From Bacteroidota bacterium (GTDB taxonomy: Bacteria > Bacteroidota > Bacteroidia > UKL13-3), in contig JBAXCN010000006.1 in assembly GCA_037141455.1 (NCBI GenBank), positions 2,156 to 66,155 of the forward strand: a DNA stretch of 64,000 bases, written 5' to 3'. Below are positions 39,194 through 48,750 of the stretch, piece by piece. How positions within the stretch are numbered: position 1 is the stretch's first letter; each line of letters begins with the position of its first letter. The notes under the pieces were generated by a model. It did no database searches. It was not told the DNA's origin and saw only the letters and a program-made list of their open reading frames with translations. A program made the translations under genes and the position numbers.

Positions 39194-40096
39194 TTATTTT
39201 AAAATAATTTGTTTAAAATCTAATGCATAGCCTGTAAATGAACCAATAGCGCCTTTTACGTTTGAATTTACTGCACCAGGTGTTGCAAATGGCCCGCTAT
39301 TATTGTCGGCCCTTCCAAATGATTGCCAAAATAAAAACTCTTTTCTACCTATGTGTGAAAAATAAATATTCAATGTATCGTTTTGATTAAAAGGGCTAAA
39401 AAACTCAAATGGTCTTGTTCCATTATTTAAAAATTGATCGTCAAAAGTTCTAAAAGAATTGCATGCACCCCATCCAAATAAAATTGAATCAGGATTAACA
39501 TTTACTGCCATTCTGTAATTATTATTTTCTGGTCCATCGTAAAACCAAAACTTGAAAAAAGCCTTATCAACAGTATCGTTTTCACGCTTAGGCTCTATTC
39601 TGTATTCAAAACTATCAATTGGAATTAGCTTTGGTATATAAGTGTTTGAAGTAATAATTTTAGCCCCATTGGCTATTGATATTTCTAATTTATAAGGTGT
39701 ATTTAATTTACCAACTAAATCAACAGGATTCATGTAAACGCCAGAAAAAGGTCCCAATATACTATCGAGTGCAGGAATTAATTTTGAAATAGTATCAACT
39801 GAATATAATTTAATTCTGTCAGCAATATTGTAAATGGTATCTTTTCCTACAATAATTCCAGGAGTTATATAAACTTCTGCATCTTTTACTCCATTTAGCG
39901 ATAAATCAGGCTTAAAATAATCGATAGTAGTGCTAATAAAAACATAATTTAACAGTGGAAAACGTGAGTTGATACTGGCTTCTACCACATACTGCGGAGT
40001 GCTTGGCGGTAAGTCAATTTCAATTTCTTTTTCACATGCAATTACTAAAGCAATTGCAATAAAAAGAATAGATAAATAGTTTATTTTTTTTTGCAT
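39194..40096 (-). CDS. DUF4249 family lipoprotein
   Basis: ACEKEIEIDLP lipobox; SNVKGAIGSF; paired with a TonB receptor. Confidence 0.82.
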   Translation of the reverse strand: MQKKINYLSILFIAIALVIACEKEIEIDLPPSTPQYVVEASINSRFPLLNYVFISTTIDYFKPDLSLNGVKDAEVYITPGIIVGKDTIYNIADRIKLYSVDTISKLIPALDSILGPFSGVYMNPVDLVGKLNTPYKLEISIANGAKIITSNTYIPKLIPIDSFEYRIEPKRENDTVDKAFFKFWFYDGPENNNYRMAVNVNPDSILFGWGACNSFRTFDDQFLNNGTRPFEFFSPFNQNDTLNIYFSHIGRKEFLFWQSFGRADNNSGPFATPGAVNSNVKGAIGSFTGYALDFKQIILK

Positions 40097-40098
40097 TT

Positions 40099-42471
40099 TT
40101 AAAATTTAAAATTCCATGAAACTGAAGGCAAAATTGGAAACAAATATACCATGTATGCCTTTACTTCTAGCTTATCTATATCGGGCAAAAAGTATATAAA
40201 GTACGGATTTGCACGGTTGTAAATATTATAAATACTAAAGTTCCAAGAGCTTTCCCAAGTTTTGGTTTTTTTATTTATGTATACAAAACTCAAATCAGCT
40301 CTGTGGTATGCTGGTAATCTGAACGAATTTATTTTATCATACACATCAATAAATGTAAACTTTGGTTCATTTTCTATTGGATCATACCCTATGCGGTATG
40401 CATAGCGCGAGGTAGGTAATGTGACAGCATTTCCTGTTCCATAAACAAAAACCAAAGTAGCCGACCATTTTTTATTTATTGTGTAACTTATAACTGTTGA
40501 AAAATCGTGAGTTCTATCGTACCTAAAAAAATAGGCTTCTCCTTTGTTTAGTTGGTCAAATTGCCTGTAAGCCCTGCTCCAAGTATAACCAATCCAGCCA
40601 TTCCATCTGCCTGCTTTTTTCTTTACAAATAATTCTAATCCAAAGGCTTCTCCTCTTCCAAAAACCATTTCGTTTTCTAAATTAGCATTTAAAAACAACC
40701 TCGAAAATGGCTTGAACTCAATTTGGTTATCCATTTTTTTATAATATGCTTCTGCACTTGCCTCATATCGGTTATTTTTAAAATTTCTAAAATACCCCAT
40801 TGCCCATTGGTTGGCCTCTTGAGGCTTTACTTTTGCAGAACTAGGAATCCATAAATCAACCGGAAGTTGCGCACCGCTTGTAGTTGCTAAGTGAATAAAT
40901 TGATAAGTAAGTGTATAGGATGCTTTTATTGACGATTCCTCATTTATTAAATAATTTACATTTAAACGAGGTTCTAATCTAGGATAAAAAGCAATGCTTT
41001 CATTGAAACCATATTTTACTGATTCACCAGTTTTTAAATTTTGATCATCAAAAATTTCTTGAGTAAAAGGACCAACCCTATTGAATGCAACACCACGCAA
41101 GCCAGCATTTATGCTCCAACGGTGGTTTATTTGCCATTCGTCTAATGCATAAACGGCAAACTCGTGGGCATATTGTTTACTTATTTCTTCGTTAAATGAA
41201 ATGCTACCTGCCGAACCACTGGCAATGCCCGGAGTAAAGGTGTGAAAAATATAATTGGTGCCAAATTTTATTAAGTGTTTATCGGCAGCATACCAAGTAA
41301 AATCCGATTTTAAGTTCCAATCGTTTAAACCTGAGCGAACACTAAAACCATTTGATGCAAATTTAAAGTCGTTATATAAATCGTAACGGTTATAAATCAA
41401 TGAAGTATTGCAAAATAATTTTGGTTTAAAAATATGGTTCCATCTCAATGTTGCAGTGGCGTTTCCCCATCCAAAATCTAGGTTAACCAATTTATTTGTT
41501 GGACTTGTAAAATTCAAAACATCTCTCCCAAAATACGAAGACAAATAGATTTTATCTTTTGTACCAATTTGCCAATTTATTTTTAAATTTAAATCGTAAA
41601 AGTAATAGGCGTTTCCTTTGGCTTCATTGGGTAAAAATGGCCTTGCTAAAAAATCAATATAGGTTCTTCGGCCAGCTATTAAAAAACTGCTTTTACCTTT
41701 TTTTATAGGCCCTTCGGCACTAAATCTAGATGCTATTAAACCAACTCCACCATTATATTCATACTTTTGGTTATTGCCTTCTCGCATGTTTACATTTAAA
41801 ATTGACGATAGTCTTCCTCCGTAATTTGCAGGAATTCCTCCTTTAATTACTTCTAAATTTTTAACCGCATCGGTATTAAAAACAGAAAGAAATCCTAATA
41901 AATGCGAAGGATTATAAACCACAGCTTCATCCATTAAAATTAAATTTTGATCGGGCCCACCACCCCTAACATAAAAACCTGTACCTCCTTCACCACCACT
42001 TTTAATGCCTGGTAATAAAGTTATGGCTTTTAAAATATCGGGTTCACCAAAAATAACAGGCAATTGTTTTACCTTTTCTCCCGTTAGCTCTACCCTACTC
42101 ATTTCGGTGCTTTTTATATTCTTATCTTCTTTTTCACCAGTTATTACTATTTCTTTTCCAGTAATATTTTTTTGCTTTAGTAAAATATTCATATTGATAT
42201 TTTTACTTAATTGAATAGAAAATATTTTTGTTTGAAATCCAATGTAATTAACTTGAATGGTGTAATTTCCTGAAGGTAAATTAATAGCAAAATATCCATA
42301 ATTGTTGGTTGATACCGCTTTTTTAATTTCTAATACTTTTACAGTTGCTCCTAATAATGTTTCCCCATTTGCGCTGTCGGTTAAAACTCCACTAAAAGTA
42401 TACTTATTTTGGGCTGTTAGATTATAAAAAAGAAACAATGTAATTATTGTTCCTAAAACACTTTTTTGCAT
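40099..42471 (-). CDS. TonB-dependent receptor
   Basis: CarboxypepD-like N-terminus, FYVRGGGPDQNLIL plug and C-terminal WNFKF. Confidence 0.95.
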   Translation of the reverse strand: MQKSVLGTIITLFLFYNLTAQNKYTFSGVLTDSANGETLLGATVKVLEIKKAVSTNNYGYFAINLPSGNYTIQVNYIGFQTKIFSIQLSKNINMNILLKQKNITGKEIVITGEKEDKNIKSTEMSRVELTGEKVKQLPVIFGEPDILKAITLLPGIKSGGEGGTGFYVRGGGPDQNLILMDEAVVYNPSHLLGFLSVFNTDAVKNLEVIKGGIPANYGGRLSSILNVNMREGNNQKYEYNGGVGLIASRFSAEGPIKKGKSSFLIAGRRTYIDFLARPFLPNEAKGNAYYFYDLNLKINWQIGTKDKIYLSSYFGRDVLNFTSPTNKLVNLDFGWGNATATLRWNHIFKPKLFCNTSLIYNRYDLYNDFKFASNGFSVRSGLNDWNLKSDFTWYAADKHLIKFGTNYIFHTFTPGIASGSAGSISFNEEISKQYAHEFAVYALDEWQINHRWSINAGLRGVAFNRVGPFTQEIFDDQNLKTGESVKYGFNESIAFYPRLEPRLNVNYLINEESSIKASYTLTYQFIHLATTSGAQLPVDLWIPSSAKVKPQEANQWAMGYFRNFKNNRYEASAEAYYKKMDNQIEFKPFSRLFLNANLENEMVFGRGEAFGLELFVKKKAGRWNGWIGYTWSRAYRQFDQLNKGEAYFFRYDRTHDFSTVISYTINKKWSATLVFVYGTGNAVTLPTSRYAYRIGYDPIENEPKFTFIDVYDKINSFRLPAYHRADLSFVYINKKTKTWESSWNFSIYNIYNRANPYFIYFLPDIDKLEVKAYMVYLFPILPSVSWNFKF

Positions 42472-42562
42472 AAATTTTAAAGGTATAAATGTATTATTTT
42501 TTTACCAGTATTTATATTGTAAGTTTTAAATGGTACAAATATTACAAAAAAATATTTTTTAA

Positions 42563-42946
42563 TTATTGAATCAACAAACTATCTAATTTATTAAACTTAA
42601 TAAGCACATACGAAGCAATTTGTTTTATTTCAAAATCACTTAAGTTTTTAACTCCAGGCATTGGCAAATTATATTCAATTCCGTTTACAGTTATTGAACC
42701 TTTTTGGCCGTATTTAATTATTGAATCTAAAGCAGTAGGATTATTTTTAATATAATCAGCATTGAGTAAAGGTGGGTATAATTTTGCTAATCCTGAACCA
42801 TCAGTTTGGTGGCAATTGCTACAATTTTTTTCGTATAATTGGTAACCCGATGCTAAATTAACAGTTGCATTTTGAAACTGATTTTCGATACAACTGGCTA
42901 TAAAAATAAAGGAAATTAAAAACAATAAAATGCTACTCTTTTTCAT
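42563..42946 (-). CDS. Monoheme cytochrome c lipoprotein
   Basis: CSNCH, YPPL and MPG motifs. Confidence 0.9.
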   Translation of the reverse strand: MKKSSILLFLISFIFIASCIENQFQNATVNLASGYQLYEKNCSNCHQTDGSGLAKLYPPLLNADYIKNNPTALDSIIKYGQKGSITVNGIEYNLPMPGVKNLSDFEIKQIASYVLIKFNKLDSLLIQ

Positions 42947-43562
42947 TTAATAAAATTTCAATGTCTTTAATTAAAACGTCTGCATCTTTTTCGCTAGTGC
43001 CATCATAAATGCCCCTTACTCTTCTTTTTTTATCAATTAAAATTAAGCCACCGCTATGCACATAACCTCCTGGTTCGGTAGAGTCGGGCAATGCAGTTGC
43101 GTAATATCCTTTTGCAGCAAGTTGATAGATTGAATCTCTGTTTCCTGTTAAAAAAAGCCATTGGCTGCTTTTAGCTCCTAACCTATTTGCAAAATCATTC
43201 AATACTGAAACCGAATCGTGATCAGGATCGATGGTATGAGACAGGAAAAGTACATTGGGGTTTCCTTCATATTTTTTATAAATGGTTAGCAAATTCTTTT
43301 TCATTCTAGGGCAAATAGTTGGGCAGGTAACAAAAAAGAAATCGGCTACATATATTTTATCTTTAATACTGTTTTCGTTGGTTACTTTTCCATCTTGATT
43401 AATCAATGAAAAATTTGGAACTGTGCTATAAACACTATCAATAACTTCTTTGCCATCAATTATTTTTATATCAACCGCTCTTTCACCTAAAATTGGGAGT
43501 TTTTTATCTCCACAACTAAAAATAAATACAGTTATTATTAACAGTAAACTTAATTTTTTCAT
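42933..43562 (-). CDS. SCO family copper chaperone
   Basis: FFVTCPTICP, TIDP.HD and HSG motifs. Confidence 0.95.
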   Translation of the reverse strand: MKKLSLLLIITVFIFSCGDKKLPILGERAVDIKIIDGKEVIDSVYSTVPNFSLINQDGKVTNENSIKDKIYVADFFFVTCPTICPRMKKNLLTIYKKYEGNPNVLFLSHTIDPDHDSVSVLNDFANRLGAKSSQWLFLTGNRDSIYQLAAKGYYATALPDSTEPGGYVHSGGLILIDKKRRVRGIYDGTSEKDADVLIKDIEILLNEKE

Positions 43563-43948
43563 TTCTTTAAAATTGTTTTTGCTTCTTTAATGCTTTCAAA
43601 AGTTATTTCGTGCACCGCCTTAATTTTCACCAATTGTTTCATTAAATAATTTAAAGCAGTATCGCTTTTTAAGTTTGGACTTTTGTATTGGTGCATCCAA
43701 TCTAACATCATTTTATCGGCTTTTTTAAGTTTAAAAGCAATGCCTTGCAACGAATCTTTTATTGTTATATCTATAACTGAATCACTTTTTAAGTTAATAT
43801 CATTTTTAAGGTTTAATAAATTTGCCGAATTAGCCATGGCTTCATCGTGTAATTTCATTATTTCTTTATCAATTAAAAATGCTTCTGTTGGTTTTTGATT
43901 ACAACCGAAAATAAACAGAAAAACAACTAAAACTTTAATCTTTTCCAC
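43559..43948 (-). CDS. Hypothetical helical lipoprotein
   Basis: FGC lipobox; IMKLHDEAM and ADKMMLDWMH motifs. Confidence 0.7.
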   Translation of the reverse strand: MEKIKVLVVFLFIFGCNQKPTEAFLIDKEIMKLHDEAMANSANLLNLKNDINLKSDSVIDITIKDSLQGIAFKLKKADKMMLDWMHQYKSPNLKSDTALNYLMKQLVKIKAVHEITFESIKEAKTILKK

Positions 43949-43956
43949 TTTAATAA

Positions 43957-44166
43957 TTATGCTTTCTTTAAAAATTCAGTTTTTAAAACCATCATCGATT
44001 TTTCAACCTTTCCTTCTATTTCATTTTCATCATCTGTAAGGCGGATATTTTTAACAATGGTACCCCTTTTTATTACCGATGATGAGCCTTTAACTTTTAA
44101 ATCCTTAATTACTGAAACTGAATCGCCTTCGGCTAATAATGTCCCATTGTTGTCTTTAACTTCCAT
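43957..44166 (-). CDS. PhnA/YjdM C-terminal domain protein
   Basis: [24 protein letters not shown] and LKTEFLKK motifs. Confidence 0.9.
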   Translation of the reverse strand: MEVKDNNGTLLAEGDSVSVIKDLKVKGSSSVIKRGTIVKNIRLTDDENEIEGKVEKSMMVLKTEFLKKA

Positions 44167-44257
44167 TTTTTTTTGAGTACTTTAAGTGAGTATTACAATA
44201 CTAAATCATTTTATATTTAGCATAAGTATTTTATCAATGATTTTAATTTCAATAATA

Positions 44258-44497
44258 TTAATCAATAGGCTTGCCATCTTCTCTTGGCCCCCTGAGGTGA
44301 ATAACCAAACCATTTAAAAAATTGCGCAATATTTGATCACCACAGTCTTTGTAATTGGGGTGGTCTTCTTTTCTAAACAATGCACCCAATTCGCTTTCCG
44401 ATATTTTAAAATCGACTAGCTTTAATATTTCTATAATATCAGTATTTTTTAAATGAAGTGCTACCCTCAGTTTTTTTAGAATATCGTTGTTACTCAT
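44258..44497 (-). CDS. DUF1456 (YehS-like) protein
   Basis: NNDILKKLR and CGDQILRNFLNGL; TACCTTTG -7 element at 44515-44522. Confidence 0.92.
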   Translation of the reverse strand: MSNNDILKKLRVALHLKNTDIIEILKLVDFKISESELGALFRKEDHPNYKDCGDQILRNFLNGLVIHLRGPREDGKPID

Positions 44498-44557
44498 AAT
44501 TTATTAATAAAGTTCAAAGGTAATTTTTTTAAGTTCAATAATACATTCAAGCACTAT

Positions 44558-46993
44558 TTAGTTAGCTCTGTCAATTTGAGCTAGCATTTTAACTATTCTA
44601 TCTTCTATTTTTTCGCTACTCAATTTCTCTCTCAACCTATCAACCATTATTGGAAAACAAAATGGCGAAGCTTGGCTTAAATTTTTAATGCATATTTCTT
44701 GTTCGTTTATTCTAAGTAAAGCTGTTGTTAACCTTTTTTCTTCTAATTGGTCGTTTAAAACTTCGTTATATGCTTGTTTTAAAAATAAGTTTTCAGGTTC
44801 TATATCATTAAATACATCAAAAAACATTTTACTACTCGCTTGTAAATGTTTGCCTAACATTGGTTTTCCGGGAAACCCAGTAAAAATTAAACCAGCTATT
44901 TTAGCAATATCCCTAAATTTTCTTCTTGCCATTTCAGCAGCATTTAAACTATTCAATAAATCTTGTTGCAAGTCTTCAATACCAAATGCATTATCGCCAA
45001 TTGCTTCTTCTATCGGTATTGGTTCATCGCTCAATAATTCAAACCCATAATCGTTGTAAGCCATGGAAATACTAATTGGTTTAATTACCGAAATTCTATA
45101 AGCAATTAAACTTGCCAATCCTTCGTGTACCAACCTGCCTTCGAAAGGATAGATATAAACATGGTAACCATCTTTTAATTGCAGTTTTTCTATAAGCAAT
45201 TGCTTGTTATTAGGAACCAACGATACTTGTTGCTGAGTTAATAACAATTCGTTTATGGCCAAATATTCATTGTCGGTATTTTTATTGTTTAAAAAGTCGT
45301 TTAAGCCCAACCTCAACATATCTGAAAGTTGACTGCTTAATGGCATTCTACCTCCCTGCCAACTTGGAACCAATGCATTTTCTTTTTTCGATTTTTTAAC
45401 ATAAACAATCAAATTTCTAATTTCAATCAATTCTAATGTTTTGCCTGCAAACCAAAATACAGCACCTGGTTTTAATTTACTAAAAAACCATTCTTCTACA
45501 GTCCCTAAACTTCCACCATTTTGATATTTAATTGATAAAACTGCATCGCTAGCAATGGTTCCAATATTCATTCGGTGCCTTAACGCAATTCGTTTGTTTT
45601 TTACTTCATAAATTCCTTTTTCATCTATTTCTACTTTATAAAATTCTTCATAAGCATAAAGCGCTTTTCCACCTACAGTAATGTAACTTAATAACCACTC
45701 CCACTCCTGTTCATTTATATTCCTAAAACAGTAAGTTGATTGAATAATTGAAAATAATTCCGAAGCATTAAAACCACTGCCAACAGCCAACGTTACCATA
45801 AACTGACTGAGTACATCAAAAGCATTTTGTATTGGAATTTTACTTTCCATTTTTTGCTCTAAAATTGATTGCCGCAAAGCCGAAGCTTCTAATAACTCCA
45901 AGGCGTGAGTTGGTAAAAAATAAATTAACGATTTAGCTCCAGGTTGATGTCCGCTCCTACCTGCTCGTTGCATAAAACGGGCTACTCCTTTGGGCCCACC
46001 TATTTGTATTATTTGGTCAACCGGACGAAAGTCAACCCCTAAATCTAAACTACTCGTACAAACTACAGCTTTTAAATTGCCTTCATGCAAATTATCTTCC
46101 ACCCAAGTTCTAATAGAATTGCTCAATGAACCATGGTGCATGGCTAATTTACCTGCTAAGTCTGCATTTGCTTCTATTAAAGCCCTGTACCATATTTCTG
46201 TTTGTGCACGTGTGTTTGTAAAAATAAGTGTTGTATTGGCGTTTTCTATTATTGGTATTATTTTATCAATTAACTTTAAACCTAAATGCCCAGCCCAAGG
46301 AAAATTTTCAACTTCGTTGGGCAATACCGATATTATTTCAATATTTTTTTCAATATTGGCTTTTATCAATACAGTTTTTTTGTTGGGGTTGTTATTAAAC
46401 GAGTATAATAAAACTTGCGTGGCTTCATCTAAATTACCTATGGTAGCACTTATACCCCAAACTTTTAAATTTGCACAATTATTAACCAAATAAGCAATTG
46501 CCAATTCCATTTGCACTCCCCTTTTATTGCCTATTAACTCATGCCACTCATCAATTACAATTGCTTGTAAGTTTTCAAAAATTTCGTTAGCGTTTTTTTG
46601 CGAAAGCATTAACTGCAAACTTTCGGGAGTAGTAATTAAAAAATCGGGTTGTTTTTTGCTTTGTTTTACCCGCTCGCTATTTGAAGTATCACCCGTTCTT
46701 ATACTTATTTGCCAATCAACATTCATGGCTTTTGCAGCATCTTCTATTGCAAATTGAAGGTCTTTTGTAAGGGCTTTTATAGGACTTATCCAAATGGCTT
46801 TAATCCCTTTTTTATTTTTTAACGTTGCCCCTTCGGCCAATATGGGTAATGCCAAAGCCAATGTTTTACCACTACCAGTTGGCGCGTTGAGCAACCCACT
46901 TTTACCATTAAAATAAGCTTGCCAACATTCCTCTTGAAAAGGAAATGCAGTAAAGTTTTTAAGTTTAAAGTATAAATAAGGCAGATTTATCAT
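44558..46993 (-). CDS. Lhr-like ligase-associated DNA damage response DEXH-box helicase
   Basis: APTGSGKT, DEWHE, HHGSL, SSLDLGVDF, QRAGRSGH and YPFEGRLVHEG motifs. Confidence 0.92.
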   Translation of the reverse strand: MINLPYLYFKLKNFTAFPFQEECWQAYFNGKSGLLNAPTGSGKTLALALPILAEGATLKNKKGIKAIWISPIKALTKDLQFAIEDAAKAMNVDWQISIRTGDTSNSERVKQSKKQPDFLITTPESLQLMLSQKNANEIFENLQAIVIDEWHELIGNKRGVQMELAIAYLVNNCANLKVWGISATIGNLDEATQVLLYSFNNNPNKKTVLIKANIEKNIEIISVLPNEVENFPWAGHLGLKLIDKIIPIIENANTTLIFTNTRAQTEIWYRALIEANADLAGKLAMHHGSLSNSIRTWVEDNLHEGNLKAVVCTSSLDLGVDFRPVDQIIQIGGPKGVARFMQRAGRSGHQPGAKSLIYFLPTHALELLEASALRQSILEQKMESKIPIQNAFDVLSQFMVTLAVGSGFNASELFSIIQSTYCFRNINEQEWEWLLSYITVGGKALYAYEEFYKVEIDEKGIYEVKNKRIALRHRMNIGTIASDAVLSIKYQNGGSLGTVEEWFFSKLKPGAVFWFAGKTLELIEIRNLIVYVKKSKKENALVPSWQGGRMPLSSQLSDMLRLGLNDFLNNKNTDNEYLAINELLLTQQQVSLVPNNKQLLIEKLQLKDGYHVYIYPFEGRLVHEGLASLIAYRISVIKPISISMAYNDYGFELLSDEPIPIEEAIGDNAFGIEDLQQDLLNSLNAAEMARRKFRDIAKIAGLIFTGFPGKPMLGKHLQASSKMFFDVFNDIEPENLFLKQAYNEVLNDQLEEKRLTTALLRINEQEICIKNLSQASPFCFPIMVDRLREKLSSEKIEDRIVKMLAQIDRAN

Positions 46994-47089
46994 TTGTTAA
47001 ATAAAATGATAATATTGGACAATTGTTTTTATTCTTATGTAAAATACTATTTATTAAAGTAAACAATCTATTATCAAAACACATAAAAA

Positions 47090-47123
47090 TAAAAAAAACC
47101 TCCATTGAATAAACAATGAAGGT
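47090..47123 (-). terminator. Terminator closing the RRE/ATP-grasp operon
   Basis: Minus strand AACCTTCATTG...CAATGGAGGTT followed by a T run. Confidence 0.7.
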
Positions 47124-47172
47124 TAATTTATTTATTTGTCAAAGGCTTAAACTTTGAAAAATAATTTTTAAA

Positions 47173-47781
47173 TTATTTTATCAGTGCCAATCCTTCTAAC
47201 GAGGAAGAATCGTTGGGTGCAATTAACAATACTTTGTTAAACAAAAGCTTGGCTTCTTTCAGTTTTGTAAGCCTGTAATTGGTCCACGCCAACATGTGTA
47301 ACCCATCGTAGCTAAATGGGTACAAGTTTACCAAAAGGGTAAAACATTTGTGTGCTTTTTCGTATAATTTTCCGTTGTAATACACCATTCCTAAAGCATA
47401 CAATGCATAGCTGTTATTGGGGTCTATTTTTAAAATGGAATTATATTGGTTGGCTACTTCGTCCCACTCGTTTAAAAGCGAAAGTGGGTATATGTAGCCA
47501 AACTTTGCTTCAACAGAAAAAGGCATTAAATCAACTGCTATTTTATAAAACTTTTTCGAATCGTTATGCAAGCCTGCGCAATAATGTAACCAACCTAATC
47601 GTAAATTTATTTCGTACGATGTTGGGTTATAAACTTCCATTATATTGGCAATGGCTGCTGTGTAATTGGTTTTGTTTTCAAAACCTAAACTTGTGGCAAA
47701 TGCAACTTTTATTTTATCGTCTTGTGCATTGGCAAAGCCTATAAAAAGGCTAAATAGTAATACTAAAATTGTTTTTTTCAT
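47173..47781 (-). CDS. Secreted/periplasmic tetratricopeptide repeat protein
   Basis: Signal peptide; repeated TPR-like helices (LGWLHY, LKIDPNN, LGMVYY, LLIAPND). Confidence 0.85.
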   Translation of the reverse strand: MKKTILVLLFSLFIGFANAQDDKIKVAFATSLGFENKTNYTAAIANIMEVYNPTSYEINLRLGWLHYCAGLHNDSKKFYKIAVDLMPFSVEAKFGYIYPLSLLNEWDEVANQYNSILKIDPNNSYALYALGMVYYNGKLYEKAHKCFTLLVNLYPFSYDGLHMLAWTNYRLTKLKEAKLLFNKVLLIAPNDSSSLEGLALIK

Positions 47782-47790
47782 ATTGGGGTT

Positions 47791-48750
47791 TTATAAATTG
47801 TATTTAATTCCTAAAAATATTGAGTTAAAATTATAATTGTTTGTGGTTATAAAATCTTGTTTTCGTTCAAACTGATAAATAGTATAAATAAAAGCATTAT
47901 TTATAAATTCATATTTTAAATTTATGTTAGTTCTGTCAACGGTTTTATCAATGGAGTTATAAATAATGTATCCATCTTGGTCAGAAAAATTGCGGGCTGT
48001 AGTGTAAAAATAATCTGCGTTAATGGAAAGTTGATCGTTAATAATATAGGAAATGGAGGGTTTAATTAATGTACTTAAATCGTTGTTGTTATTAAAATGA
48101 AATACCCCCAAACCAAACACCAATTTTTCATTGTTTTTTATATCGTAAAACAATTCGCCACCTGCCATATACTGGTTATGTGCTTCTTTTAAATTATTTA
48201 ATTGGCTAAAAGCCAAAGCAGGTTTTAAATAAAGTTTATTTAACCTAAAAGTACTACTAATTGAGAAAAAATAATTGTTATTGGTAATATTTTCTGAAGG
48301 AATTACTTGACTTGGAGGTGCAGGTGGAATAGGTGGTGGAGGTACACTTGCCAATGTTTTGCTTTTTACATAAATGTAGGAGCCTGCAAAATTAAATTTT
48401 AAATTATTGTTGTGTTTGTACTCAAAATTAGCATAATAACTATGCTGGTTTAAATTGCCCCACCACATACTTTGCGATAAATAATTATAAGCATGAAACA
48501 TTAAAAGTTTTTTACTTAATTGGTGTTGCAATCCTATTTGGCTATTGTTTAAGTTGCCAATTGTATCTATTTCCGAACTAAACTTTACCCCTGTTTCTAT
48601 ATACAATTGGTTAAACAAATTGGTTTTACCTAACCTAAAATTATTGGTAAGTTTATAAACTTCGTAATTGCTTTTTGCTCCAAATAATATTTGCGCTTTA
48701 ATAGCATTTACATACATTAATAACAGTACAATTATTATAATATTTCGCAT
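47791..48750 (-). CDS. Putative outer-membrane beta-barrel protein with a Pro-rich loop
   Basis: Signal peptide, alternating aromatic strands, C-terminal FLGIKYNL; VPPPPIPPAPPS. Confidence 0.65.
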   Translation of the reverse strand: MRNIIIIVLLLMYVNAIKAQILFGAKSNYEVYKLTNNFRLGKTNLFNQLYIETGVKFSSEIDTIGNLNNSQIGLQHQLSKKLLMFHAYNYLSQSMWWGNLNQHSYYANFEYKHNNNLKFNFAGSYIYVKSKTLASVPPPPIPPAPPSQVIPSENITNNNYFFSISSTFRLNKLYLKPALAFSQLNNLKEAHNQYMAGGELFYDIKNNEKLVFGLGVFHFNNNNDLSTLIKPSISYIINDQLSINADYFYTTARNFSDQDGYIIYNSIDKTVDRTNINLKYEFINNAFIYTIYQFERKQDFITTNNYNFNSIFLGIKYNL

